A DNA stretch of 64,000 nucleotides from a virus: the IMG/VR virus record IMGVR_UViG_3300020383_000001, positions 1-64,000 of that record, one strand, 5' to 3'. Every line of letters begins with the position of its first letter. The first letter of the stretch is position 1. Shown here piece after piece: positions 17,436 to 26,875 of the stretch. Below the pieces are notes generated by a model that worked only from the letters and a program-made list of their open reading frames with translations, made no database searches and was not told the DNA's origin. Made by a program: the position numbers and the translations under genes.

Positions 17436-18671
17436 ATGGCATTAAAAGATTATAAGAAAGGAAACTATGGGTTGGAGAGTATTGTTGACAGGCTTGAAAT
17501 TAACAACAAACTCGTAGATGAAGAATTAACTAAACGAGACTCGTCATTGGTTGCTGACTTTGCTGGTGGTGATTATCGTGTTGACTCTAACCAGGGCCGA
17601 CTTAACAATCAAGGGTTTATCGACCTGTTACAGTTTACACGTAATAGTACTAAGACAGCTTTTAATCGTATAGGTAGGTTGATTGAGGTTGGTGTGAATC
17701 AACCCGCATTTGAATACGATCCTGTTACAGGCGAACCGTTGGGGATTAGCATTCACGAGCAGCGGACTAACTTGCTTTTATGGAGTGGGGATTTTACACA
17801 AGAAACTTACAAAGACTCAAGCATCACTATAACCCCAAATTATGGGGATAGTCCTTTAGGGGTAGGCACATCAACTAGAGTACAGTTTTCCGAACCAAAT
17901 ACAGTTTTTAGAAAACTTACAACTTCACTATTATCTGGTGAAACTGCTACAGGGAGTGCTCTAATTAAAGGCGTCAAGGGGGAGACTATAAAAATTGATG
18001 GTTTATCTAACCCACAACCTAGCGCTTTTATAACTTTAACTGGCGACTGGCAATATGTATATTTTACTGGGGTGACTGATAGTAATGATTCGGTCAATTT
18101 AAGCACTTATACTGGGGTCACAGCAAGAGATATTGAAGTTGCTTTTATGCAATTAGAAAAAGGCTCATTCCCTACGCCTTATATTCCCACACAAGGGTCG
18201 CAAGAGACACGCTCATACGATACCTGTATTATCGAGGATGTCGATCAAAGTGATTGGTGGAATCCAAACGAATGTACTTTTATTGCTGAATTTAAAGTAG
18301 ACGGGGTACAAAACCAACAGACTATTCTAGGCTCTGAAGTAGACCAACGCATTATCTATAATGGTGGTGGGAGTGGTGAAATAGGATGTTTTGATGGCTC
18401 AACTTTTACATCATTTAAAACACCCGACGTACCTATCGAAGCAAATAAAAATTATATTTGCGCTATAAGTATAACGCCAACGTCAGTTTCTGGTTGTATA
18501 AATGGTAATGATGTTATAACAGGTCCACATAACGGCAGATTATTAGATATTAGCAGACTCGGTGTAGGAAGGCGTTTGTCTGGTTCTTTTTTAAACGGTA
18601 CAATAAAGCAAGTCCTCTATATACCACACGCATTACCAGACGAAAAATTACAACAAGCGAGTACACTATGA
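17436..18671 (+). CDS. tail fibre / receptor-binding protein sharing the C-terminal domain of the upstream fibre
   Basis: Shared blocks GISIHEQ(Q/R)TNL, DQS(N/D)WWNPNE(G/C)TF(V/I)(V/A)EF, and terminal NGTIK...YIP.A..D..LQ..STL. Confidence 0.5.
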   Translation: MALKDYKKGNYGLESIVDRLEINNKLVDEELTKRDSSLVADFAGGDYRVDSNQGRLNNQGFIDLLQFTRNSTKTAFNRIGRLIEVGVNQPAFEYDPVTGEPLGISIHEQRTNLLLWSGDFTQETYKDSSITITPNYGDSPLGVGTSTRVQFSEPNTVFRKLTTSLLSGETATGSALIKGVKGETIKIDGLSNPQPSAFITLTGDWQYVYFTGVTDSNDSVNLSTYTGVTARDIEVAFMQLEKGSFPTPYIPTQGSQETRSYDTCIIEDVDQSDWWNPNECTFIAEFKVDGVQNQQTILGSEVDQRIIYNGGGSGEIGCFDGSTFTSFKTPDVPIEANKNYICAISITPTSVSGCINGNDVITGPHNGRLLDISRLGVGRRLSGSFLNGTIKQVLYIPHALPDEKLQQASTL

Positions 18672-18940
18672 AACCAGATATTATAGGAAAAATACCGAAA
18701 CAAGCAGCTACTTTTAATGAACAAGGGGAGGTTATTGAGCCGGCAATTTATAAGGATGGTTGGCACGTTAATTTCACTCAAGAAGTTCCTGAGCTTGCTG
18801 ATTATAAATGTGACCCTCAGCCGGTAACGCCTTATCGTGTTTATCAGGGCGGTATACGCCCAGTATGCTATAAGTTTAAAGACAAGGCTGAGTGGGAAGC
18901 GGTTAACCCATTTAAAGTTGAGGAAGATATAATGGGTTAA
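18668..18940 (+). CDS. hypothetical protein (90 aa), possibly a fibre assembly factor
   Basis: 4-nt overlap with the fibre gene; followed by a strong terminator. Confidence 0.3.
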   Translation: MKPDIIGKIPKQAATFNEQGEVIEPAIYKDGWHVNFTQEVPELADYKCDPQPVTPYRVYQGGIRPVCYKFKDKAEWEAVNPFKVEEDIMG

Positions 18941-18950
18941 GCTAATTACT

Positions 18951-18992
18951 ATAGGCAACTAATTAGTTTGTTTAGTTGCCTATGGTTTTTTG
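18951..18992 (+). terminator. rho-independent terminator
   Basis: Perfect 12-bp inverted repeat ATAGGCAACTAA / TTAGTTGCCTAT with a 9-nt loop, followed by GGTTTTTTG. Confidence 0.6.
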
Positions 18993-19025
18993 TCGTCTTA
19001 AAATAAAATCAAATGTCGTCAATAA

Positions 19026-19391
19026 TTGGAGCTTGTTGTGGCTGAAGAGTTTACAGAATGGCACAAAGAAGAATTAAAAGAGCATGATCTAAAACTTCAG
19101 CAAACACTAACTGACATAGCTGTTCATAAGAAACAGATAGATACATTAGAAAGTGGACACAAAGAGTTAGAACAGCGATTGATCGAACACAAGGTCAAAA
19201 GTGAAACTACTACTGAGCAGCTAATGATTGATGTGCATACACTAAAAGAGAGCTTTTCTGGTTTTCGCGGAGAAATCAAAGGAAGCCTAAGTTCTCTTAA
19301 GTTTTTCATTCCTTTGGCCATTACAGCAATCTCAGGAATAGCCGGGGTTATTGTATGGCTTTTATCTATAACAGGGAAAGCAGATTTATGA
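19026..19391 (+). CDS. coiled-coil protein with C-terminal transmembrane anchor (non-ATG start, TTG or GTG)
   Basis: Charged helical N-terminus and hydrophobic tail FFIPLAITAISGIAGVIVWLLSI. Confidence 0.35.
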   Translation: MELVVAEEFTEWHKEELKEHDLKLQQTLTDIAVHKKQIDTLESGHKELEQRLIEHKVKSETTTEQLMIDVHTLKESFSGFRGEIKGSLSSLKFFIPLAITAISGIAGVIVWLLSITGKADL

Positions 19392-19819
19392 TTAAAGCCG
19401 ATATTGTAGTAAAACGAGCATATTTTAAAGAATGTACTTTGTCTCGGGTACTCACAAAAACGTTTGATTGTTTTGGTTTAGAGTTACCTTGGCTTGATAA
19501 TTTACAGGATAAATCTTGTATCTCTGAAGGTACTTACAATTACGAAATAGCACCTAGCCCTAGATTAAAAGGTAAGCCTGTTATTTGGCTTCAAAAAGTT
19601 CCTGACCGTACTGCAATCCAAGTACACCCGGGCAACTATACACGACAAATTCTTGGTTGCCTTATAGTAGGTGATCGAATTATGTATTTGGATGGGGATG
19701 ATATTCCTGATGTAGGTAATAGCGTAGAGACTTTCGAAAAATTGCTCGAAGCTATCCCTTCTAAAGGCACCATCCAATTTACTACAGCATCTCAACCTGG
19801 TGTTGGTGTTTATAATTAG
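19355..19819 (+). CDS. hypothetical protein with H-x-G-N...G-C-L motif (L,D-transpeptidase-like or DUF5675-like)
   Basis: IQVHPGNYTRQILGCLIVG resembles a catalytic His/Cys signature; a weak call. Confidence 0.3.
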   Translation: MAFIYNRESRFMIKADIVVKRAYFKECTLSRVLTKTFDCFGLELPWLDNLQDKSCISEGTYNYEIAPSPRLKGKPVIWLQKVPDRTAIQVHPGNYTRQILGCLIVGDRIMYLDGDDIPDVGNSVETFEKLLEAIPSKGTIQFTTASQPGVGVYN

Positions 19820-19828
19820 GAGAGTACT

Positions 19829-20323
19829 ATGGGCTTATTAAGTAAGATTGGGAATTTTTTAACCGGTAATTTAGGCGGTAAAATTATTGAAGGAGTTAAA
19901 GAGTATTTTCCTCCTTCTATGTCAGACAAAGAAAAAGCTGACTTAGAGCTAGCTATTAAACGTGCTACCGATGAACATGAAATAAAACTGTTAGCCATTG
20001 CAGCAGAACAAGACGCTGAGTTTAATGAGCGTATTAAAGAGATGGAAGGAACTGCCAAAGACCTTAAACAGTTTGGTTGGCTTGGTCGTATTGTCTTATT
20101 CTTGCGTGGTTGTCAACGTCCTATCTGGGGCTTTATTACCATTTATATGGATATCATGTGGTTTAGTGGTAAATGGCCTGAAATGAGCGAACAACAAGAA
20201 TCCGCGTTATGGATGGTAAATGTATTGGTGCTTGGCTTCTTATTTGGTGAACGGGCTATTAAGAATGGTATGCCTGTCATAACTAAATTCATGGAAGCCA
20301 GAAAAGAACAAAAAGGGGTGTAA
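19829..20323 (+). CDS. membrane protein (two TM helices), holin-like
   Basis: Hydrophobic helices GWLGRIVLFL and LWMVNVLVLGFLFG flanked by charged segments. Confidence 0.3.
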   Translation: MGLLSKIGNFLTGNLGGKIIEGVKEYFPPSMSDKEKADLELAIKRATDEHEIKLLAIAAEQDAEFNERIKEMEGTAKDLKQFGWLGRIVLFLRGCQRPIWGFITIYMDIMWFSGKWPEMSEQQESALWMVNVLVLGFLFGERAIKNGMPVITKFMEARKEQKGV

Positions 20324-20324
20324 G

Positions 20325-20693
20325 ATGCCTGCAGGTGTATATGACTTTCACGTAGAACAAGGTGTAGCAAATAAGTTCTCTATTGAATACCGTGCATCAG
20401 ATGGTACTGCTAAGGACCTCACAGGATACTCTGGACGGGGGCAGGTAAAACTTAAGATGTCTGATTCTCAACCATTGGCAGAATTTGAGGTAACCATCAC
20501 TGATCCTTTGCTAGGTAAACTGGATGTTGCATTGCCTGCAGCAGCTTTGAAAGGTCACACATTTAAGGCTAGTGATTACAAAGACAAAGTTAAAGGTGTC
20601 TATGATATTGAGCTTTACAAAGACACCAGTGATGAAGAAACTATCCGCATCTTGAATGGTAATATCTTTATTTCTCCGGAGGTAACTAAGTAA
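20325..20693 (+). CDS. hypothetical small structural protein (122 aa)
   Basis: Overlapping start/stop with neighbouring genes. Confidence 0.35.
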   Translation: MPAGVYDFHVEQGVANKFSIEYRASDGTAKDLTGYSGRGQVKLKMSDSQPLAEFEVTITDPLLGKLDVALPAAALKGHTFKASDYKDKVKGVYDIELYKDTSDEETIRILNGNIFISPEVTK

Positions 20694-23600
20694 TGGCCGA
20701 TGTTGTTATCAATGATGAAGCAAACATAACAGTTATTTCTGAAGAGTCTCAACCCAACTCAGTTACTATTGATGAAGCTGGGACTACTTCTGTAGTCTCA
20801 GTAACTGCTGAAGGAGATAATGTAGTTGTAAGCTCAGAAACTTCTCCTGCACTTCTCATGATAACAACAGGTGGTAGTGCCTATATTTCTGCTGTTAATG
20901 ATGGATTCGTAGGTACTGAAGTTGAATGGCTTTATGAAGTAATTGATAGCCGGGCAAGTGTCACATACGTTGATGATATGCGGGCCCAACTAGATGATAA
21001 TATTGCTGCCCAGAACAATGAATTGCGACAAGTCATTGCAGATGAAAATTACACACTGAGCCAAAATATATCTAATTTACGAGCAGAGTATAGTGGAGTA
21101 GCTTCTGCGATTGATTCTGTAGAATTGGCTCTATCTACACAAGAACAAGCTCTTACACAAACAGAAACTACATTACGTGCTGATTTTAATGATAGAATTA
21201 GTTCGGAAGTTTCTACTATTAATACTGCTATTTCTAATGCTAATGAAGCTATAGCATCAACTGAAACCCAACTTAGAGCTGATTATGCAGCCGATATTAG
21301 TTCAGCAGTCAATACACTCAATACTGCTATATCTAATGCAAATCAATCAATAGCTAGTACCGAATCAACGTTAAGATCAGAGTTTGAAGGTGGTATATCT
21401 GGGCTAAATACAGAGTTACGAGCAGTAATAGCAACTGAAAATTCTGTACTAAATCAATCCATAAGTAATCTACAAAGCTCACTTACAGATGATATTACTG
21501 CGGTAAATAACTCTCTATATTTGGCTTACACAGATCTAGAGTCTTCCGTATCTCAACGTATTGATAATATGGAAACTGAGTTTAACGGCAAGTACGCCAC
21601 CATATCTTCAATGCAGACTGCTATCAGTAATTCTGAGCTTTCTATGGCTTCTCAACGTGATCTATTGGAAGCCAGAGTTAATGACGAAATCAGCAGCAAG
21701 ATCGACACAGTTAATTTAGCCATAGCTGGCGAGACTTCCGCCAGAACACAAGCTATCACCAGTTTACAATCTTCACTAGATAACCAAACTCAAGCTAATA
21801 CTAATTTGATATTACAGACTAACAGTAACCTTGATGGTGTTACTGAAGCTGTAGCAGGATTCCGTACTGCAGTTACTGGGGGCACTAATAGCCAGTCTGA
21901 AGCAGAACTTAGGCTAAGTAGTTTAATAGGCCCTGAAGGCGAATTAGTGTCCCGGGCATACCTTGGAACTAGTAATACTGTAGATGGTATGACTACGATT
22001 ACTGGTATTAACGTAGGTGGTGTAGAAAATGGTTTGGATTTCCGTGGCAATGTTATTCGTTTCAGAGCTGCCAATGGTGTACCTAAACTGTACTGGGACA
22101 CTATCGATACTAATCGTTTAGTTATTGATGCAAAGTTAGTACTAGGTGATGGCCACATAATCAATAATTATGATGATATTAAAGGAGCTAATGCAGCTCA
22201 TTATTATATCCGCCCTATAAACGGTACAGCGATTAAAAATAATACTGGCACATTGACAGTAGAAAGCCGCAAATCTGAAAATGGCGTTGATGAACTGTTT
22301 GGTGATTTACGTGTAAAAGACTCTACAACCTTACTAGGGTCAAGCCATACATTCAATGCAGGTGATATTACAGATTCCTTAATTGTAGAAATGCTTGTTA
22401 ATGATGAAGTAGTAGACACCATTACCCTAGCAGATATTACTGATGGTTTAGACGGCACAGATGCTGTTATTGGCTTTATAGAAGCAGAACGAAGAACATG
22501 GACGCAAGCTAAAAATAATGGAGCATGGCCTACAGATACTGATAATTCTGTTGTCGCTCGATTCTATAAGAAAGGACAAGAAATAGCTTATCATGAGGGT
22601 GTAGTAACACTTACACCTGGTGACGGTAACTTATTCTTCAGTGGTGGCTTAGAAAGTGGCGGGGTAAATGTAGTAGTAAGTGGTGAGGGTACAAAAGATC
22701 TTACTCTTACATTTACCCATGTAGATAGTGGTATTCAAATATTTGAAACGTTTAGTGCTGTGTCTTCTGGATACAAAGGTGATAAAGGTGATCCGGGTGA
22801 TGATGGTGATGATGGTGTTGATGGGACAGATGGTAATTCTGTCTTAGTTGTTTACGCTGATGATTCTGTGGGCACTAATCAAAGCCTTATACAAGACAAT
22901 AAAGAATATGTTCAGTATGTGGAATATGTAGGAACTAAACCAACTCTGCCTGTAAGTGGTAATTTTGTTAAGTTTATAGGTAACCCAGGACCCAGTGGTC
23001 AAAGTATTTGGCCTATATATGCAGATGACTCTTCAGGAAGTGGTCAATCATTTAGTGCTGTAAATAAGACATGGGTTACATTTTATGAAAGCATTTCCCA
23101 ACCTACATTACCTGTAACAAACCAAACTTTTGTACGATACGTTGGAAAAGATGCTCCTACTGTCTTGCTTCAATATTCAGATAATGGAGTAACTTGGAGC
23201 AATACTTATACCACATCCAATAAGTACATGAGATCTAGTACTGATGGAGGCAATACTTGGTCACCGGCTCAAAAATTCATAGGTGAAAATGGCGATAATG
23301 GCTCTTACGTCGAGTTCCAGTTTGCTAAAAACACTAGTAGCACCACACAACCAACATCAGGCTGGCAAGACGGACCTCCTACAATCTCAGATACTGAGTT
23401 TTTATGGATGCGTTCTAGAAACGTAGACAAAGATGGAAATGCAGGTAGTTGGAGCTATTCCCGTATATCTGGGGTACAAGGCCCTAGAGGTTACATAGGA
23501 GCCGCAGGAGCCGGTTTTTACGGTGGCACATACGATACAATAAATTGGACAGTTTCTGTAGCTAATAGTCGCTTACAGGCTTTAGCAGGAAGAACTGTAG

Positions 23601-26600
23601 TTTCTGGGGATATTCTAAGCCAAACCAATACTGCAGGAACCTCTACTGAGTCTAAGCAATATAATGGATCTGCTTGGGTAGAACCTGCTTTACAGGTAAA
23701 TGGATCAATAATCGCTTCAGGTACTGTAGCAAGTAATCATCTAATTGCAGGGATATCATTAACTGCACCCAGTATAACCGGTGGTGATATCAATATTGGT
23801 TCAGGTACTTTCGTAGTTACTAACACAGGGCAAGTATCTATTGAGAGTGGTTCAATTGATATTAATTCAGGCAATTTCAGTGTAGATACTTCAGGTGCTT
23901 TAACTGCAAAATCTGCAACGATAACCGGTGGAAGTCTGAATATTAATAACAACTTTGTTGTGGGAACTGATGGGAGCCTAACAGCTAAGAAAGGATCTAT
24001 TGATATTGGCTCAGGTAAATTTGTTGTCAGTACTTCTGGAGCTCTTACAGCAACAGAAGCCAGTATAAAAGGGGCAATTGAATCTGGCTCAACTATCACT
24101 GGTAGTACTCTTACTGGCGGCATTGTAAGGACTGCTACTAGTGGGTATAGAGTAGAATTGGACGGTAATAGTGCTTACCCTTTATGGTTTGGAACAGGTA
24201 CCAAAAATGCAGCTAATGGGCTTCTGTACGCAGATAATAATGGGGGCCTATTTGCGAAGAATATCGATATATCTGGGGATTCTGTATTTTCTGGTAGAGT
24301 AATAATTGGTGGCACAAGTTTAGATTCAGTTTCTGACATCGACTCTGCTATCAGCACAAATAAAATAAAACCCAGTTTAAATTGGAAAGTAGGCACTAGT
24401 GGTAGTCAAGGTTTGTTTTCCCAAAATGGCTCTACACCTGAAAACCATATTCGATTACTTGAAGGACCTTTTGGAATATTAGAGCCTGTATGGGAAGCCA
24501 CTGGGGGTGACAATGCGTCTGATGGTGGTTGGAACACTGGATCTATTCCTATCGACCCAAATAAGAGTTATAGAAATGCCGTTTGGATGAAACAAGTAGG
24601 TGGTACAGCTAACTCATTATACTTGGGATGTGACCAATCAAATACTTTGAACCTTGATGACACAGTAAATACTAACCCATACCATTGGTCTGGTGATTTA
24701 CCTCAAAGGGATAAATGGTACCTAGTTGTAGGCATTATTCATGGTAATAACTACACAGGTGGTTACTCAGGTGTGTCTGGTATTTACGATCCAGAAACAG
24801 GAGAAAAAGTTAGCTCAATTGCTGAGTTCAAGAACGATACAGGAAGCTACCAAAAACAGCGAGTGTATCGGTATTATGTGACTGAGCCTTCACATACTGC
24901 ACAATTTGTTAGACCTCGATTTGAGGAAATAAACGGGGAGGAACCTTCGTTAGGTACACTTATTGGTAGAATCCCTAAAGATGGAGAGACTGGACCACAA
25001 GGACCCCAGGGCCCTCAAGGTGTACCTGGTACGGATGGTGTAACTACATATACATGGATTCGATACGCTGATTCAATAACCGGTGCAGGGATATCCAACG
25101 ACCCTACAGGTAAGGAATATATTGGCTTTGCTTATAATAAAACTACTGCCTCTGAAAGTAATAATCCAAGTGATTACTCTTGGGCGTTGATTAAGGGTGA
25201 GCAAGGGGTACAAGGACCTCAAGGTCCAGACGGGGAGACTCTTTATACTTGGATTAAGTATAGTGATGTTTCTGATGGAACAGGATTATATGACCTTCCA
25301 ACAACAAATACCCAGTATATTGGTATAGCAGTTAATAAAGATACTCCGGTGGAATCTACTAATAAAGCTGATTATGTCTGGAGTAAGTTCAAGGGTGAAC
25401 AAGGTCCTCAAGGCGTACCAGGAGAACCAGGCGCAGACGGTCAAGTTTACTACACTTGGATACGTTATGCTGATGGACCAAACGGTGAAAGCATTAGCAA
25501 CGACCCATCTGGCAAAACTTACATGGGCCTTGCGTACAACAAGACAAGCCCTACCGAATCTAACGATCCTGCTGATTACTCTTGGACACGTTTCCGTGGT
25601 GAAGACGGTACTGATGGTGTTCAGGGACCACCAGGGGAAGACGGCCAGACAACGTATACATGGATTGCGTATTCTAATAACGCTAACGGCTCTGGGATGT
25701 ACCAGACGCCAAATAGCAATACAAAATACATCGGTATCGCTACAAACAAGACCACGGCAAGTGAATCTAGCAATCCAAGCGACTACACATGGTCACTCTT
25801 TAGAGGTGAGGATGGCGCTCAGGGCCCACAAGGACCTGCAGGGGTAGACGGTTCAGATGGCGCAAATGGTGCAGGATTTTATGGGGGTATATACTCATCT
25901 ATTTCCTGGGTAACAAGTACCGCTGACTCAAGACTGCAATCACTAGCAGGCAGAGCGCCAGTAGTAGGAGATATTTTAGTACAAAATACCAGTGGAGGGG
26001 CTTCAGAAGCTCGACAACGAAATGCTAATAACAGTTGGGGCCAAGTTGCCCTGCTAATTAACGGAAGCATGGTGGCAACTGGAACTCTTGCTGGCGACCG
26101 ACTAATAGCCGGCACTGAGCTAAATTCACCAATTATTAAGTCAGGTAGGTTAGAACTGGTTGGCAGCAACTACATGAGCATACAGACAGCCAGCGCGTTT
26201 GGGCCTAACAACCTTCTCGAATGGAAAGGTCCACGAAATAGCTTTACGTATGACGAGACTAACCAACTAGTGAATTTTGATGCCCTAACCAAAGCCAACG
26301 CGCTTGCTTATTTCAGCGAAGATGGTGATCAGTATTTTGGTGGCTCAATTACTGCTGGTACACTTAAAAATGCAATACAAAACTCAACCATAGGCTCACC
26401 TGTTGACGTTGTACTAGGTCCGTTTGGTTCAAATGGTGGCATTATTGAAATCAAAAGCTCAATTGCTGTATCAGCTCTAAGAAACATTCCTAATGGTGGT
26501 CAGCCGGTCGGTATAGGTGACCCGACAGCAACCCTCAAACTTTACAGGCAAACCTCAAGCGGTGAGATACTGGTTTCTTCACATACCATCCAGGGCTCAT

Positions 26601-26776
26601 ATATAGCTTATGGAGGCACCACTAAATACAAAGAGGAATGGAACCTTAATGGTTCGTTCACGTTTACAGATTCGCTTCAGACCACAACAGATAGGACATA
26701 CAGGCTAGAGGTTACTCACTCAGTACCTACATACAACAATACTCAACGCTTATCAATTATTTCGGAAGAAGCTTGA
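20693..26776 (+). CDS. giant tail fibre/adhesin (2027 aa) with collagen-like G-X-Y tracts and internal repeats
   Basis: Six G-X-Y tracts (for example GDKGDPGDDGDDGVDGTDG and GPQGPQGPQGVPGTDG), four tandem ~62-aa repeats, and a duplicated ~85-aa module. Confidence 0.65.
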   Translation: MADVVINDEANITVISEESQPNSVTIDEAGTTSVVSVTAEGDNVVVSSETSPALLMITTGGSAYISAVNDGFVGTEVEWLYEVIDSRASVTYVDDMRAQLDDNIAAQNNELRQVIADENYTLSQNISNLRAEYSGVASAIDSVELALSTQEQALTQTETTLRADFNDRISSEVSTINTAISNANEAIASTETQLRADYAADISSAVNTLNTAISNANQSIASTESTLRSEFEGGISGLNTELRAVIATENSVLNQSISNLQSSLTDDITAVNNSLYLAYTDLESSVSQRIDNMETEFNGKYATISSMQTAISNSELSMASQRDLLEARVNDEISSKIDTVNLAIAGETSARTQAITSLQSSLDNQTQANTNLILQTNSNLDGVTEAVAGFRTAVTGGTNSQSEAELRLSSLIGPEGELVSRAYLGTSNTVDGMTTITGINVGGVENGLDFRGNVIRFRAANGVPKLYWDTIDTNRLVIDAKLVLGDGHIINNYDDIKGANAAHYYIRPINGTAIKNNTGTLTVESRKSENGVDELFGDLRVKDSTTLLGSSHTFNAGDITDSLIVEMLVNDEVVDTITLADITDGLDGTDAVIGFIEAERRTWTQAKNNGAWPTDTDNSVVARFYKKGQEIAYHEGVVTLTPGDGNLFFSGGLESGGVNVVVSGEGTKDLTLTFTHVDSGIQIFETFSAVSSGYKGDKGDPGDDGDDGVDGTDGNSVLVVYADDSVGTNQSLIQDNKEYVQYVEYVGTKPTLPVSGNFVKFIGNPGPSGQSIWPIYADDSSGSGQSFSAVNKTWVTFYESISQPTLPVTNQTFVRYVGKDAPTVLLQYSDNGVTWSNTYTTSNKYMRSSTDGGNTWSPAQKFIGENGDNGSYVEFQFAKNTSSTTQPTSGWQDGPPTISDTEFLWMRSRNVDKDGNAGSWSYSRISGVQGPRGYIGAAGAGFYGGTYDTINWTVSVANSRLQALAGRTVVSGDILSQTNTAGTSTESKQYNGSAWVEPALQVNGSIIASGTVASNHLIAGISLTAPSITGGDINIGSGTFVVTNTGQVSIESGSIDINSGNFSVDTSGALTAKSATITGGSLNINNNFVVGTDGSLTAKKGSIDIGSGKFVVSTSGALTATEASIKGAIESGSTITGSTLTGGIVRTATSGYRVELDGNSAYPLWFGTGTKNAANGLLYADNNGGLFAKNIDISGDSVFSGRVIIGGTSLDSVSDIDSAISTNKIKPSLNWKVGTSGSQGLFSQNGSTPENHIRLLEGPFGILEPVWEATGGDNASDGGWNTGSIPIDPNKSYRNAVWMKQVGGTANSLYLGCDQSNTLNLDDTVNTNPYHWSGDLPQRDKWYLVVGIIHGNNYTGGYSGVSGIYDPETGEKVSSIAEFKNDTGSYQKQRVYRYYVTEPSHTAQFVRPRFEEINGEEPSLGTLIGRIPKDGETGPQGPQGPQGVPGTDGVTTYTWIRYADSITGAGISNDPTGKEYIGFAYNKTTASESNNPSDYSWALIKGEQGVQGPQGPDGETLYTWIKYSDVSDGTGLYDLPTTNTQYIGIAVNKDTPVESTNKADYVWSKFKGEQGPQGVPGEPGADGQVYYTWIRYADGPNGESISNDPSGKTYMGLAYNKTSPTESNDPADYSWTRFRGEDGTDGVQGPPGEDGQTTYTWIAYSNNANGSGMYQTPNSNTKYIGIATNKTTASESSNPSDYTWSLFRGEDGAQGPQGPAGVDGSDGANGAGFYGGIYSSISWVTSTADSRLQSLAGRAPVVGDILVQNTSGGASEARQRNANNSWGQVALLINGSMVATGTLAGDRLIAGTELNSPIIKSGRLELVGSNYMSIQTASAFGPNNLLEWKGPRNSFTYDETNQLVNFDALTKANALAYFSEDGDQYFGGSITAGTLKNAIQNSTIGSPVDVVLGPFGSNGGIIEIKSSIAVSALRNIPNGGQPVGIGDPTATLKLYRQTSSGEILVSSHTIQGSYIAYGGTTKYKEEWNLNGSFTFTDSLQTTTDRTYRLEVTHSVPTYNNTQRLSIISEEA
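25040..25815 (+). repeat. four tandem ~186-bp coding repeats (TYTWI(R/K)Y.D...G...NKT...ES.N..DY.W...GE.G.QGP.G), approximate bounds
   Basis: Seen directly in the translation of the giant fibre gene. Confidence 0.6.
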
Positions 26777-26875
26777 GTATGCTGTGAAGAGCAAATAAGT
26801 GACTGTCTCTAATGACAATGGACAATGCAATATTTGGTAAGTACACTTAACTAAAACTAATTAGTAGGCTTAAAG

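Noticed and set aside
25040-25815. Tandem repeats considered as a possible CRISPR array
   Set aside because: The repeats are about 186 bp, in-frame coding units of the fibre gene, with no short direct repeats and spacers. No CRISPR-like array is present anywhere in the window.
21790-26169. Several 70-160-aa ORFs on the - strand or in alternative frames inside the 2027-aa fibre gene (21790..22164, 22204..22458, 23737..24123, 24175..24396, 25374..25847, 25879..26169)
   Set aside because: All are nested in a long, clearly coding gene with repeats. They are Pro/Ser/Val-rich, typical of antisense collagen-like or repeat DNA, and have no independent signals.
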